Notes under the pieces: model-generated
What the model saw: the letters and a program-made list of their open reading frames with translations, nothing else
What the model was told of the DNA's origin: nothing
The model's database searches: none
Translations under genes and position numbers: made by a program
In this document: one piece after another, positions 1-7,917 of the stretch
Layout of the letters: each line of letters starts with the position of its first letter
Position numbering within the stretch: position 1 is the stretch's first letter
Assembly (NCBI RefSeq): GCF_000698785.1
Contig: NZ_CP007536.1
Coordinates: 1,320,001 to 1,352,000, forward strand
Source: Nitrososphaera viennensis EN76
GTDB lineage: Archaea > Thermoproteota > Nitrososphaeria > Nitrososphaerales > Nitrososphaeraceae
Direction: 5' to 3'
Length of the DNA: 32,000 bases

Positions 1-1
1 C

Positions 2-289
2 CGCGTCGAGACGCTTGCCACGCAGGAGGAAAAGTCCAGGATAGAGACGAGGCTCTCTGTGCTTGTCAAAAAGCTCGCCCAGGGCGGCGCAGTCAAGATC
101 CTGACCGACATCGACGGGAACAGCCCGCAGTTTTTGGAATTGATGTCGGCGGCAGGCAGGGCGGGGCTTGCCCCTTCTGATGAGGGCAAGCAGTATTTCC
201 CGGCCGGCTGGACCGATCCTGACTTTGCAGAAAGCCCCAGGGTAATCACGCTTGCGCCAAGGCCAGCAGAGATAGCGACGAAGGCTTAA
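2..289 (+). CDS. hypothetical protein, C-terminal fragment (5' end outside window)
   Basis: The frame of the listed 59..289 ORF stays open back to nt 2, with no stop in codons 2-58. The 'M' at 59 is an internal GTG. Stop is TAA 287-289. No motif recognised. Confidence 0.45.
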   Translation, partial: RVETLATQEEKSRIETRLSVLVKKLAQGGAVKILTDIDGNSPQFLELMSAAGRAGLAPSDEGKQYFPAGWTDPDFAESPRVITLAPRPAEIATKA

Positions 290-321
290 AATTAACGCGA
301 CCTTGGTGAACATTCAAGCGG

Positions 322-396
322 GGGCTCGTAGCTCAGCATGGACAGAGCGAACGCCTCCTAAGCGTTAGGTCGTGGGTTCGAATCCCACCGGGCCCG
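322..396 (+). tRNA. tRNA-Arg (anticodon CCU), no intron, CCA not encoded
   Basis: Hand-folded cloverleaf. Acceptor GGGCTCG(322-328)/CGGGCCC(389-395) with one G-U pair. D arm GCTC/GAGC. Anticodon stem AACGC(350-354)/GCGTT(362-366) with loop CTCCTAA, anticodon CCT at 357-359. T arm GTGGG-TTCGAAT-CCCAC. Discriminator G396. Confidence 0.9.
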
Positions 397-400
397 CTTA

Positions 401-793
401 TTATTGTTGTTTGTACAAATCTTCAAGAGTCTTGGGCATGCCGTCCTTGCACACCTCCTGCGGGTAATGCTGCACCGAAAACAGCATCAGCTGGTCAAGC
501 ACCGGCTTGAGGGCCATGGCCCTTTCAGTCAGGAAATATTCTATCATGACAGGCGTCCCTGGATACACCTTGCGTTCCACAAGGCCGTTTTTCTGCATCT
601 CCTTGAGGCGCTGCGAGAGCGTCTTTGGGTTGATACCCTCGATTGTCAGAAATTCGTTGAAATGCTTGTGACCAAAGAGCATCATGTTGCGCATGATGAG
701 TATGGTGAATTTTTTGCCAATTATCTGGAACGTGTAGTTGATCGGGCACTGCTTTAACTGCCGCATTACCGCAGCATAATCCCCCATGGACAA
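401..793 (-). CDS. HxlR-family winged-helix transcriptional regulator
   Basis: 130 aa. Typical HxlR layout: CPINYTFQIIGKKFTILIMRNM...FNEFL...INPKTLSQRLKEMQKNGLVERKVYPGTPVMIEYFLTE. Divergent from the VOC gene. Confidence 0.85.
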   Translation of the reverse strand: MSMGDYAAVMRQLKQCPINYTFQIIGKKFTILIMRNMMLFGHKHFNEFLTIEGINPKTLSQRLKEMQKNGLVERKVYPGTPVMIEYFLTERAMALKPVLDQLMLFSVQHYPQEVCKDGMPKTLEDLYKQQ

Positions 794-847
794 CTTACCC
801 CGCCTTCACCCACTTACCTGATCGATACCTGCCAATTAAAATATTAC

Positions 848-857
848 TTTTCTATAT
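848..857 (+). promoter_or_regulatory. TATA-like box for the VOC gene (leaderless start)
   Basis: TTTTCTATAT centred about 23 nt upstream of ATG 876. A second A/T box at 836-846 may serve the divergent HxlR gene. Confidence 0.35.
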
Positions 858-875
858 CTGCTATCTAGAGGTAAC

Positions 876-1259
876 ATGGCTACAATAGTTTATTTTGAGA
901 TACCAAGCGACAACACCGAGCGCGCCGGCAAGTTCTACGGCGCGCTGTTTGGATGGAAGACCGAGAAGATGCAGGGCTCGGTGGAATACCTGATGTTTGG
1001 CACCACCGACCACAATGGCAAGGAGGTGGGAGGCGGAGGCATTATGAAGAGGAAAACGCCAGACCAAGGGATCACCAACTACATCGGGGTTGACTCTGTC
1101 GAGAAATATGCCAAAAAGGTGCAGGAGCTTGGAGGCACGGTAAAGGTGCCCAAGACGGAGGTGCAGGGCTTTGGCTGGTATGCCATATGCACAGACACAG
1201 AGAACAACACGTTTGGGCTCTGGGAATCAAGCCCGCAGGCACAACAACAGCAGCACTGA
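876..1259 (+). CDS. VOC (glyoxalase/bleomycin-resistance/dioxygenase) family protein
   Basis: 127 aa. N-terminus VYFEIPSDNTERAGKFYGALFGW and C-terminus GGTV..PKTEV.GFGWYAICTDTENNTFGLWE are typical of single-domain VOC proteins. Confidence 0.85.
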   Translation: MATIVYFEIPSDNTERAGKFYGALFGWKTEKMQGSVEYLMFGTTDHNGKEVGGGGIMKRKTPDQGITNYIGVDSVEKYAKKVQELGGTVKVPKTEVQGFGWYAICTDTENNTFGLWESSPQAQQQQH

Positions 1260-1265
1260 GAGACG

Positions 1266-1577
1266 CTAGACACCAGCAAGCTTGGCGTTTCCGTACAGGC
1301 GTGCTTGATGGACCTCGCTTATTTCCTCCCGGCGGTGCCGGCGCCTCTCGACTACATACCCCGACGCTGAGTGGTAGATGATTACCATGTCCTTTGGATA
1401 AAACGACAGCATCTCGTGGTTTTCGCTGTCAGACTCCATGTGGCGCAGGTGTATGCGCTCCCAGGCAAACAGCTCGTCCACCTTGCCGCGAAAGTGGAAC
1501 GTGCTACCGCACGGGCACCGGGTGTCGCGCCAGCTGCCGCCAATGTTGTTGAGCCACTGGCCCTTTTCTTCAGGCAT
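1266..1577 (-). CDS. hypothetical protein
   Basis: 103-aa ORF fills the gap between the VOC and HEAT genes, on the same strand as and directly downstream of the HEAT gene. No recognisable motif. Confidence 0.5.
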   Translation of the reverse strand: MPEEKGQWLNNIGGSWRDTRCPCGSTFHFRGKVDELFAWERIHLRHMESDSENHEMLSFYPKDMVIIYHSASGYVVERRRHRREEISEVHQARLYGNAKLAGV

Positions 1578-1614
1578 GTATTTTCACTATACTGGCAGGC
1601 ACCGTATTATATTG

Positions 1615-2160
1615 TTAGCCACCCGTCATACGGGTAAAATCGTTCTTTCTGTTGACTGCCTTGATATAGTCGAGGTTTGCCAGGGCGACGACTGCCGAGT
1701 CGCGCACCTCCTCGCTTTCGTCGTTTCTTAGGGCATCATCAAGCGTTTTTCTTGCGTCCTCCGAGCCGATGACTCCGAGAGCCACCGCCGCCTCGTGGCG
1801 CACGAAAAAGCTCTTGTCGTTTTTCACGGCATCAGCAAGTGGCTTTATCCCGCTTGAAAAGCCGAGCTGGCCAAGCGAGAACGCGGCCTCGTGGCGGACC
1901 AAGTCGTTGTCGTCGTTCTTCAACACCTTGCTTATTGGCGTCACCGCCGACTTGCCGGCGATCTCTGCCAGTATGCACACCGCCCTCGTCCGGACTACGC
2001 TGTCCCGGTGCGTCAGCAGTTTCTTGAAATAGTTGACGTTCTTTTCGTCAAACTGCGCCTCCATCTCCTCGAATAGCTTTATCCTATTATCACCATTGCC
2101 AGGCTGCTGTTGTTGCTGTTGCTTTTTTTTGGCCGCCATGTCTTTTTCTTCTTCTTTCAT
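1615..2160 (-). CDS. HEAT-repeat (PBS-lyase HEAT-like) protein, deoxyhypusine-hydroxylase-like half module
   Basis: 181 aa with four HEAT-like repeats: VVRTRAVCILAEIAG, LVRHEAAFSLGQLG, FVRHEAAVALGVIG, EVRDSAVVALANL. Two His-Glu motifs: H90-E91 (CAC 1893-1891) and H122-E123. N-terminal K3Q6 tract. Confidence 0.85.
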   Translation of the reverse strand: MKEEEKDMAAKKKQQQQQQPGNGDNRIKLFEEMEAQFDEKNVNYFKKLLTHRDSVVRTRAVCILAEIAGKSAVTPISKVLKNDDNDLVRHEAAFSLGQLGFSSGIKPLADAVKNDKSFFVRHEAAVALGVIGSEDARKTLDDALRNDESEEVRDSAVVALANLDYIKAVNRKNDFTRMTGG

Positions 2161-2252
2161 GGTTGCAGAAAGGCTCTTTTATTTTTTGTCTGGTTTATCG
2201 AACACAAGACGCGTTAGTTATTATAATCCCGCGGGTTACAGATGCGCCGTAT

Positions 2253-2714
2253 ATGCGTGTCAGGTACTGGCGTCTTGGCATCACCGACGTTCTGGAATCG
2301 GCATACCCTGCCGGAAAGGCGAACCACTGGGACATCAAATGCATGCAGGGCGAGTACGAGCATTTTGGAGTGTTCTGGTACCGCTACGGCACGCCGTTTG
2401 ACAAAGAGCCGGTCCACGGGATCTGCTTTTACTTTAACGACGTCCCCAAAAAGACGGTCGATGACCTGGCCGCGTTCCTGCAGGGCAAGTTTGGCGGGCA
2501 GCTGCTGTACAGGCAGGCAAGGGGCTTTTTGCAGGGGTCAAAGGAGTTTGCCGACGGCAAGGCAGTGGGCATCCTGGCAAACGAGATTTCCTTAAAGTTC
2601 AATGCGCCCGTGGAACTGACGATAGAGTTTGAGAAAGCCACCAAGGAAGAGGTGGACAGCGAGGCGTGGAAACTTCCGGCCGGAAAGGCACTCCCGATAC
2701 CGGGCCCCGACTAG
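2253..2714 (+). CDS. hypothetical protein
   Basis: The listed ORF is 2163..2714. The ATG at 2253 follows a TATA-like TTATTATAAT at about 2218-2227, so the shorter 153-aa form is preferred. No recognisable family. Confidence 0.6.
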   Translation: MRVRYWRLGITDVLESAYPAGKANHWDIKCMQGEYEHFGVFWYRYGTPFDKEPVHGICFYFNDVPKKTVDDLAAFLQGKFGGQLLYRQARGFLQGSKEFADGKAVGILANEISLKFNAPVELTIEFEKATKEEVDSEAWKLPAGKALPIPGPD

Positions 2715-2756
2715 ATATAAATTATATTCCACGGCTGGCTAGTCTAGCCTGAAGCA

Positions 2757-3563
2757 ATGGCGTCAGAGATGACCTTTTTTGAGCACATCGACGAGCTGCG
2801 CACACGCATAGTACGCATGGCAATCGCAGTCATTGCGATCACGATATTCTGCATGGCCTTTTCCCTGCACCCGTTCGAGTATGCGGGGATCCCGCTTGCA
2901 TACCCGTTCCCGGACCCGATAAACAACGTCTCGGCCCAGATAATGCTCTTTATGCAAAAGGACCTCATCCCGCCAACCGTCACCCTGGTCCAGATAGCGC
3001 CGGGGCAGGCGTTCTTTGCCCAAGTGTACGTCTCGATGCTTGCAGGGATTATTGGCGCCATGCCGGTCATCGTCAAGGAGATAGCTGGCTTTATTGCGCC
3101 GGCGATAAGCCCCAAGGCAAGAAAGTCGATATCTCACGTCGTTGCGCCGGCAATTGCCCTCTTTGTCGCAGGCGTCGCGTTCTCGTACCTCGTGGCGGTG
3201 CCCTTCGTACTTCAGTTCCTTTACCAGTACGGCGAGGCGATAGGCGCGGTGGCGCTGTTCAACGTCTCTGACTTCATCTCGTTTGTCCTCCAGTTCCTCC
3301 TCGGTTTTGGCATCGCGTTTGAGCTCCCGGTCATGATGTACGGCATCTCCCTCACTGGCGCCATGTCGCCCTACTTTTGGCGCAACAACATCCGCTACGC
3401 CGTCATCGTTCTCGTGGTATTTGGCGCCATAATAACGCCTGACGGCAGCGGCATCACCATGTGGTTTGTTGCCGGCCCCATGATAGTCCTGTACCTGGCA
3501 GGCATGGCCGCAGTCGAGAGCAGGGCGAAAAAGCTTGAGAGGGTCGCTGGGGCCAGGGCCTAA
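2757..3563 (+). CDS. tatC: twin-arginine translocase subunit TatC
   Basis: 268 aa. N-terminus MTFFEHIDELRTRIV is characteristic of TatC. Multi-pass hydrophobic profile, with tatA immediately downstream. Confidence 0.9.
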   Translation: MASEMTFFEHIDELRTRIVRMAIAVIAITIFCMAFSLHPFEYAGIPLAYPFPDPINNVSAQIMLFMQKDLIPPTVTLVQIAPGQAFFAQVYVSMLAGIIGAMPVIVKEIAGFIAPAISPKARKSISHVVAPAIALFVAGVAFSYLVAVPFVLQFLYQYGEAIGAVALFNVSDFISFVLQFLLGFGIAFELPVMMYGISLTGAMSPYFWRNNIRYAVIVLVVFGAIITPDGSGITMWFVAGPMIVLYLAGMAAVESRAKKLERVAGARA

Positions 3564-3599
3564 TAACACTTAAATTCCAAGGCAGGGTAGCTTTCACAA

Positions 3600-3932
3600 A
3601 TGTCCACAGGGCTGCTCAACCTTCTGATGCAGATACCGTCAGGCATGGAATGGATCTTTATAATCATCATCATCGTGGTGGTGTTCTTTGGGGTCAGAAA
3701 GATCCCCGAGCTTGCAAGGACCTTTGGCAAGGCTTCCGCAGAATACGAAAAGGCGAGGATCGAGGCCAAGCGCGAGCTCCAACAGTTAAAGAGCCAGGAC
3801 AGCAACAACAGGATCGGCAGGGAAAAGCTTGAAGAGATTGCAGACTCGCTTGGCATCAACTACACCAACAAGAACGACGACGAGCTGAGAGCGGCGATCG
3901 ACCTCGAGCTGAACAAGACCTCGAAAAAGTAA
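3600..3932 (+). CDS. tatA: twin-arginine translocase subunit TatA/E
   Basis: A single N-terminal TM (WIFIIIIIVVVFFG) followed by VRKIPELARTFGKASAEYEKA, the TatA hinge/amphipathic helix. The real start may be ATG 3627 or 3645. Confidence 0.85.
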   Translation: MSTGLLNLLMQIPSGMEWIFIIIIIVVVFFGVRKIPELARTFGKASAEYEKARIEAKRELQQLKSQDSNNRIGREKLEEIADSLGINYTNKNDDELRAAIDLELNKTSKK

Positions 3933-3935
3933 GGC

Positions 3936-3944
3936 TTTTTATTA
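3936..3944 (+). promoter_or_regulatory. TATA-like box for purP (also a T5 run after tatA)
   Basis: TTTTTATTA centred about 29 nt upstream of the TTG start at 3969. Confidence 0.35.
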
Positions 3945-3968
3945 CAATCTTTTCTCTCTCTGTAGCCG

Positions 3969-5069
3969 TTGATCGGCCCGCAGCAGATCGCACCGGTAAT
4001 AGACCGCTACTACAACCCAAAGGACGTCACCATTGGCACCATAGGGAGCCACTCTGCCCTTGAGGTGATGGACGGCGCCAAGGACGAGGGGATGAAGACG
4101 ATCTGCATCTGCCAGAAGGGCAGGGACTTGCCGTATCGCAGGTTCAAGCGCCTCGCTGACGAGATAATAATCCTGGACAAGTTTTCCGACATACTAAACC
4201 GCGAGAACCAGGAAAAGCTTCGCGACAGGAACTGCATAATGGTCGCACACCGCGCATTTACGGCGTACCTCGGCTACGACAACATCGAGAACAACTTCAA
4301 GGTGCCAGTGTTTGGTAACAGGTTGCTCCTGCGGGCAGAAGAGCGCACCGCGCCAAGGAACCAGTACTACCTCATCGAAAAGGCCGGCCTGCGCCACCCC
4401 AGGATATACCGCAAGCCGTCAGACATCGCCGGCCCGGCTATGGTCAAGGTGCAGGAGGCAAAGCGCAAGCTGGAAAGAGCGTTTTTCATAGTCACCTCGT
4501 ACGAGGACTACAAGAAAAAGGCAAAGCAAAAAATCGAGCAGGGAGCCGTGAGCAAGCAGGACCTGGAGAACGCGGTGATAGAGGAGTACGTGCTTGGCAC
4601 CTACTTTAACCTCAACTTTTTCCACTCGCCCCTGACAGGCGAGACAGAGTTCCTCGGGATTGAGCGCAGGCTGCAGACCAACCTCCACGACTTTGTGTCC
4701 ATCCCGGCAAAACAGCAGATTGAAATGGACATCCAAACGCAGAACATCGAAGTCGGCCACACGCCGGCAAGCATACGGGAATCACTTCTTGAAAAGGTGT
4801 TTGAGATGGGAGACAAGTTTGCAGTGGCGGCAAGAAAGGAATACCCGCCGGGGATAATCGGCCCGATTTCGCTCCAGAGCGTCGTCACCACCGACCTTGA
4901 CTTTGTCGTCTATGATGTCTCTCTCAGGGTGCCAGGAAACCCCATAATGGCGACCACAAGCCCGTACACGAAATACTATTACGGCCACACGATGGGAGTC
5001 GGCCGCAGGATTGCCATGGAAATAAAGAACGCGGTGGCGCAGCGCAAGCTGCGCGACATTGTCACCTAG
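3969..5069 (+). CDS. purP: 5-formaminoimidazole-4-carboxamide ribonucleotide (FAICAR) synthetase PurP, ATP-grasp
   Basis: 366 aa, TTG start. N-terminus IGTIGSHSALEVMDGAKDEGMKTICICQKGR matches the archaeal PurP signature (IATLGSHSAL..GAK.EGF type) as I recall it. Confidence 0.85.
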   Translation: MIGPQQIAPVIDRYYNPKDVTIGTIGSHSALEVMDGAKDEGMKTICICQKGRDLPYRRFKRLADEIIILDKFSDILNRENQEKLRDRNCIMVAHRAFTAYLGYDNIENNFKVPVFGNRLLLRAEERTAPRNQYYLIEKAGLRHPRIYRKPSDIAGPAMVKVQEAKRKLERAFFIVTSYEDYKKKAKQKIEQGAVSKQDLENAVIEEYVLGTYFNLNFFHSPLTGETEFLGIERRLQTNLHDFVSIPAKQQIEMDIQTQNIEVGHTPASIRESLLEKVFEMGDKFAVAARKEYPPGIIGPISLQSVVTTDLDFVVYDVSLRVPGNPIMATTSPYTKYYYGHTMGVGRRIAMEIKNAVAQRKLRDIVT

Positions 5070-5074
5070 CTAAA

Positions 5075-5497
5075 CTAGTGCTCAAGCGCCTCCTCAAAGA
5101 GGCTTTTTCGCACCTTTATGGGCGTGTCATAGTATGAGGCAAGCGCGATAGAGTCAGAGGCGCGGTAGTTGCGGAGCACTATCTCGCCCTTTCTCCCCTG
5201 GAAATACAGGTTTGCCCGCAGCACTGTCCCGCTCTGGTAGACGCGCACTTCTGTCAGCATCAGGTCTGCCATTGCGGCAATCTCTTCTACAAGGTTGTAG
5301 ATGGTTGGAATGGCGCCCTTGTCTCCTTCCTGAAAGCGCGAGATGTGCCTTGCCACCTCGCCGGAGAACGCCCGCATGGGAAACTCGCGGCCGTCCTCGG
5401 CCTTTAGTATGACCACCCCTTCAAGCCCCACCTGATCCACGAATCCGACGTAACTTATCCTTGCACTGACGTACTCGTCCTCATGGCCGGGCATCAC
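5075..5497 (-). CDS. bifunctional nuclease (BFN/DUF151) family protein
   Basis: 140 aa. VGLEGVVILKAEDGREFPMRAF.GE..., then IPTIYNLV (equivalent of the RPLTHDL motif), then RASDSIALASYYDTPIKV. This is the usual DUF151 order. Confidence 0.7.
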   Translation of the reverse strand: MMPGHEDEYVSARISYVGFVDQVGLEGVVILKAEDGREFPMRAFSGEVARHISRFQEGDKGAIPTIYNLVEEIAAMADLMLTEVRVYQSGTVLRANLYFQGRKGEIVLRNYRASDSIALASYYDTPIKVRKSLFEEALEH

Positions 5498-5547
5498 ACA
5501 GTGTATTGGCAGGACTGAGAATTAAGTATTTGCGGACAACGACAACT

Positions 5548-6435
5548 ATGATGATGCCGACGATACGATTTAATTTGAAGCACGACATTCTATGCACGAT
5601 AATGAGCTGGCGGGCCATGCGCGAAAGCGGCTACAGGATAATGTTTACAGGCCTGTTTTCGCTTGCAATCGCGTTTATAATCTACTCACGGCTGTCAGGC
5701 ACCTCCGCCGGCGCCCCGGTGCAGGCGTCGCAGCTGACCAACCTCGCATATGCCGTCCTAGGCATCACCGCCGCCTCGCTTGCCGCGGCCATGTACGGTG
5801 CATACACCATCTTCCGCGCAGAGCAGGCGCGCACCGCCGGCGGGAGCAGCCTGACATCGTTTATCACCGGCGCCTTTTCGGACAGAAAGTACTGGCGCAT
5901 AATGGCAATAGCCGCAATAGGTTACGGCATATTTTTCGCGTTCCTCTCCCAGATACTGGTTTACCGACCCGACGTTTCGTTTTCAGAGCGCGGGATAGCA
6001 GTCCCGTCGACTGACCTGATACCGTGCTGCGGCGCGCCCGGCTACATGCCCATGTTCACTGCGTATTTCACCGACCACTTTTTGCTGCTCGTGATCCCAG
6101 TCAACGTCATCCTTGCCACCGTCGTGTCTGTCATGGTCGGCTTTAACGTGGCGCTGAGCGTCTATGCATACAGGCTCAGGCAGGCCCTGCAGGGCAGGAC
6201 TTCCATAGTGGGAGGCATCGGCGCCGCGACGGGTCTGTTTGTCGGCTGCCCGACCTGCGCGGGAAGCCTGATTTCTGCAGTGCTTGGCCTTGGCGCGATT
6301 GGCGCCGGCGCAAGCACGAGCGCGCTTGCGCCATTTCAGACGGTGTTTATAGCTGCAAGCCTGCCTGCGCTTGCGCTTGCGCCGCTCCTGCTTGCAAGGA
6401 GCATAAGATCCATCTCAATGTGCGGCGTCAAGTAG
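5548..6435 (+). CDS. polytopic membrane protein with CC and CPTC cysteine motifs, unknown function
   Basis: The listed ORF 5506..6435 starts at TTG. The ATG triplet run at 5548 lies about 24 nt after an AATTAAGTATTT box. Several hydrophobic segments, plus IPCCGAPGY and VGCPTCAGS motifs. Confidence 0.7.
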   Translation: MMMPTIRFNLKHDILCTIMSWRAMRESGYRIMFTGLFSLAIAFIIYSRLSGTSAGAPVQASQLTNLAYAVLGITAASLAAAMYGAYTIFRAEQARTAGGSSLTSFITGAFSDRKYWRIMAIAAIGYGIFFAFLSQILVYRPDVSFSERGIAVPSTDLIPCCGAPGYMPMFTAYFTDHFLLLVIPVNVILATVVSVMVGFNVALSVYAYRLRQALQGRTSIVGGIGAATGLFVGCPTCAGSLISAVLGLGAIGAGASTSALAPFQTVFIAASLPALALAPLLLARSIRSISMCGVK

Positions 6436-7074
6436 TAGCCGGGCGACCTGCATCATGTCCGGCCTGCGCACCACGCTTTTTGTGGCGCCGGCAATGTCGT
6501 CGTCTTTTGGCATGAACGCGATCCCGGCGCCGGCGCGCCTTATCATGCAAATGTCTGCCCGGGTGTCGCCTATTGCCGCCGTGTTTTCCAGCGGCACGCC
6601 AAACTTGGTCGCATATTTTTCAAGGTGAAAGCGCTTGCACACCGACAGCTTGCACGTGCATCCTATTTCCTGCCAGCCAAGCGGCATGCGCACGATGCCG
6701 GTTATCATGTCGCCTTTAAATTCAAGCTCGTTTGCGGCCACAAAGTCCATCTGCAGCCTCTCTGCAACCACCGACGCGGCCGTCGCATAGCTGTCGGTTA
6801 TTATTCCCATCTTCCAACCCTGCTCCTTCAGAAGCGGCATGGCGCGCTCGCAGTTTGCGGCAAGCGGGATCGACTCTATTGCTGCAAGAAGGTCCTTCCT
6901 AGCCAGGCCGGCGAAAAGGGCGGCTATTGCCTTTGTCTTTTCATAATTGGCAAGCTTGCCGTCTGCCTGAATAGACCGGACCTTGCCGTCAAGCCCAAAG
7001 CGCTCGGCAAGCGCAAATACGAGCCGGCCGTCAAGGAGCGTGCCGTCCATGTCAAAAGCCGCAAGCCGCGCCAT
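6415..7074 (-). CDS. HAD-IB family phosphatase (SerB/MtnX-like)
   Basis: 219 aa. Motif I FDMDGTLLD, motif II IITDS, motif IV GDTRAD. Cys/His insert GCTCKLSVCKRFH (6625-6660). The 3' end overlaps the convergent membrane-protein gene by 21 nt. Confidence 0.85.
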   Translation of the reverse strand: MARLAAFDMDGTLLDGRLVFALAERFGLDGKVRSIQADGKLANYEKTKAIAALFAGLARKDLLAAIESIPLAANCERAMPLLKEQGWKMGIITDSYATAASVVAERLQMDFVAANELEFKGDMITGIVRMPLGWQEIGCTCKLSVCKRFHLEKYATKFGVPLENTAAIGDTRADICMIRRAGAGIAFMPKDDDIAGATKSVVRRPDMMQVARLLLDAAH

Positions 7075-7140
7075 CGCGTTTTGTGTTGTATGAAACGGCT
7101 CTAAATCTTTTTGGAAAGCCGTTTATTTTTATTACTGACT

Positions 7141-7329
7141 ATGCTAATGCAATTGCTATCGATGGTGCAGCAGGACAGGAAGTACCAGAAGAAAAAGGCC
7201 GCCGTTGAAAAGTTTATCAAAAAGAACGGCACCACGGACCATTCTATTATCCTGAACAGCATAGACGTCGACTATGACACTCTGATGCGCATCCTGTCAG
7301 AGCTCAGAAACGAGGGCAGGATTTCCTGA
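7141..7329 (+). CDS. small winged-helix-like protein, unknown function
   Basis: The listed ORF 7111..7329 starts at TTG. A TATA-like TTTATTTTTATTA at about 7122-7134 favours ATG 7141, 7147 or 7162. The C-terminal ...IILNSIDVDYDTLMRILSELRNEGRI looks like an HTH recognition segment. Confidence 0.5.
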   Translation: MLMQLLSMVQQDRKYQKKKAAVEKFIKKNGTTDHSIILNSIDVDYDTLMRILSELRNEGRIS

Positions 7330-7384
7330 TCCGGGTGCAATGTGGAAAAAGGCTTAATTTTCCATCCTGTCAAGTCAAGAGCGT

Positions 7385-7847
7385 ATGAAGGCTACTTTTG
7401 GCATGGGATGCTTTTGGTGCTCCGAGGACATCTTTGGCCGCGTAAAGGGCGTAAAATCAACAGCGGTGGGCTACATGGGAGGCAAGGTCGAACACCCGAC
7501 GTACGAGCAGGTGTGCACAGACAGGACAGGCCATGCAGAGGTGGTACAGGTCGAGTACGACCCGGCGCAGGTTTCGTACGAAGAGCTCCTGAGCGTGTTC
7601 TGGGCAAACCACGACCCCACGACCCCGAACAGGCAGGGCCCGGACGTGGGCACGCAGTACAGGTCGGCCGTTTTTTTACCACAGTCCCGAGCAAAAGGCC
7701 GCTGCCGAAGCCATAAAGCAAAAGCTGCAGGACTCGGACGCGTTCAAGAGAAAGATAGTGACAGAGGTATCGCCGGCGTCGCCATTCTGGAAGGCAGAAG
7801 AATACCACCAGAAGTACTACCAAAAGTGCGGGCTAAGGATGCACTGA
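7385..7847 (+). pseudogene. msrA: peptide-methionine (S)-S-oxide reductase MsrA, interrupted by a +1 nt shift in a T7 run
   Basis: The frame from 7385 gives [14 protein letters not shown]...[12 protein letters not shown]...GTQYRSAVF, then turns to nonsense. Skipping one T of the T7 run (7671-7677) gives [56 protein letters not shown] with stop at 7845-7847. Total length is 463 nt = 3n+1. Confidence 0.9.
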
Positions 7848-7917
7848 CACAGCCCCTTTTTCCCAAACCCACCCGTTAAACGCCCAATGTTCATACACAC
7901 ATGTGCACTCCCAACTA

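Noticed and set aside
1242-2121. Short CAA/CAG (poly-Gln) tracts: VOC C-terminus Q4 (1242-1253) and HEAT N-terminus Q6 (2104-2121)
   Set aside because: They are very short low-complexity codon repeats at protein termini. Nothing suggests function or instability beyond ordinary compositional bias.
2737-2749. Palindrome GGCTAG-T-CTAGCC between a TATA-like box and the tatC start
   Set aside because: Arms of only 6 bp are expected by chance in a 32-kb window. It is noted but too weak to call an operator without conservation data.
2763-3569. 268-aa minus-strand ORF exactly mirroring tatC
   Set aside because: It is antisense to a confidently identified TatC. The Arg/Asp/His-rich nonsense composition is typical of the shadow frame of a GC-rich gene.
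6415-6435. 21-nt convergent overlap of the membrane-protein and HAD gene 3' ends
   Set aside because: Small convergent overlaps are common in compact archaeal genomes. There is no extra structure or signal.
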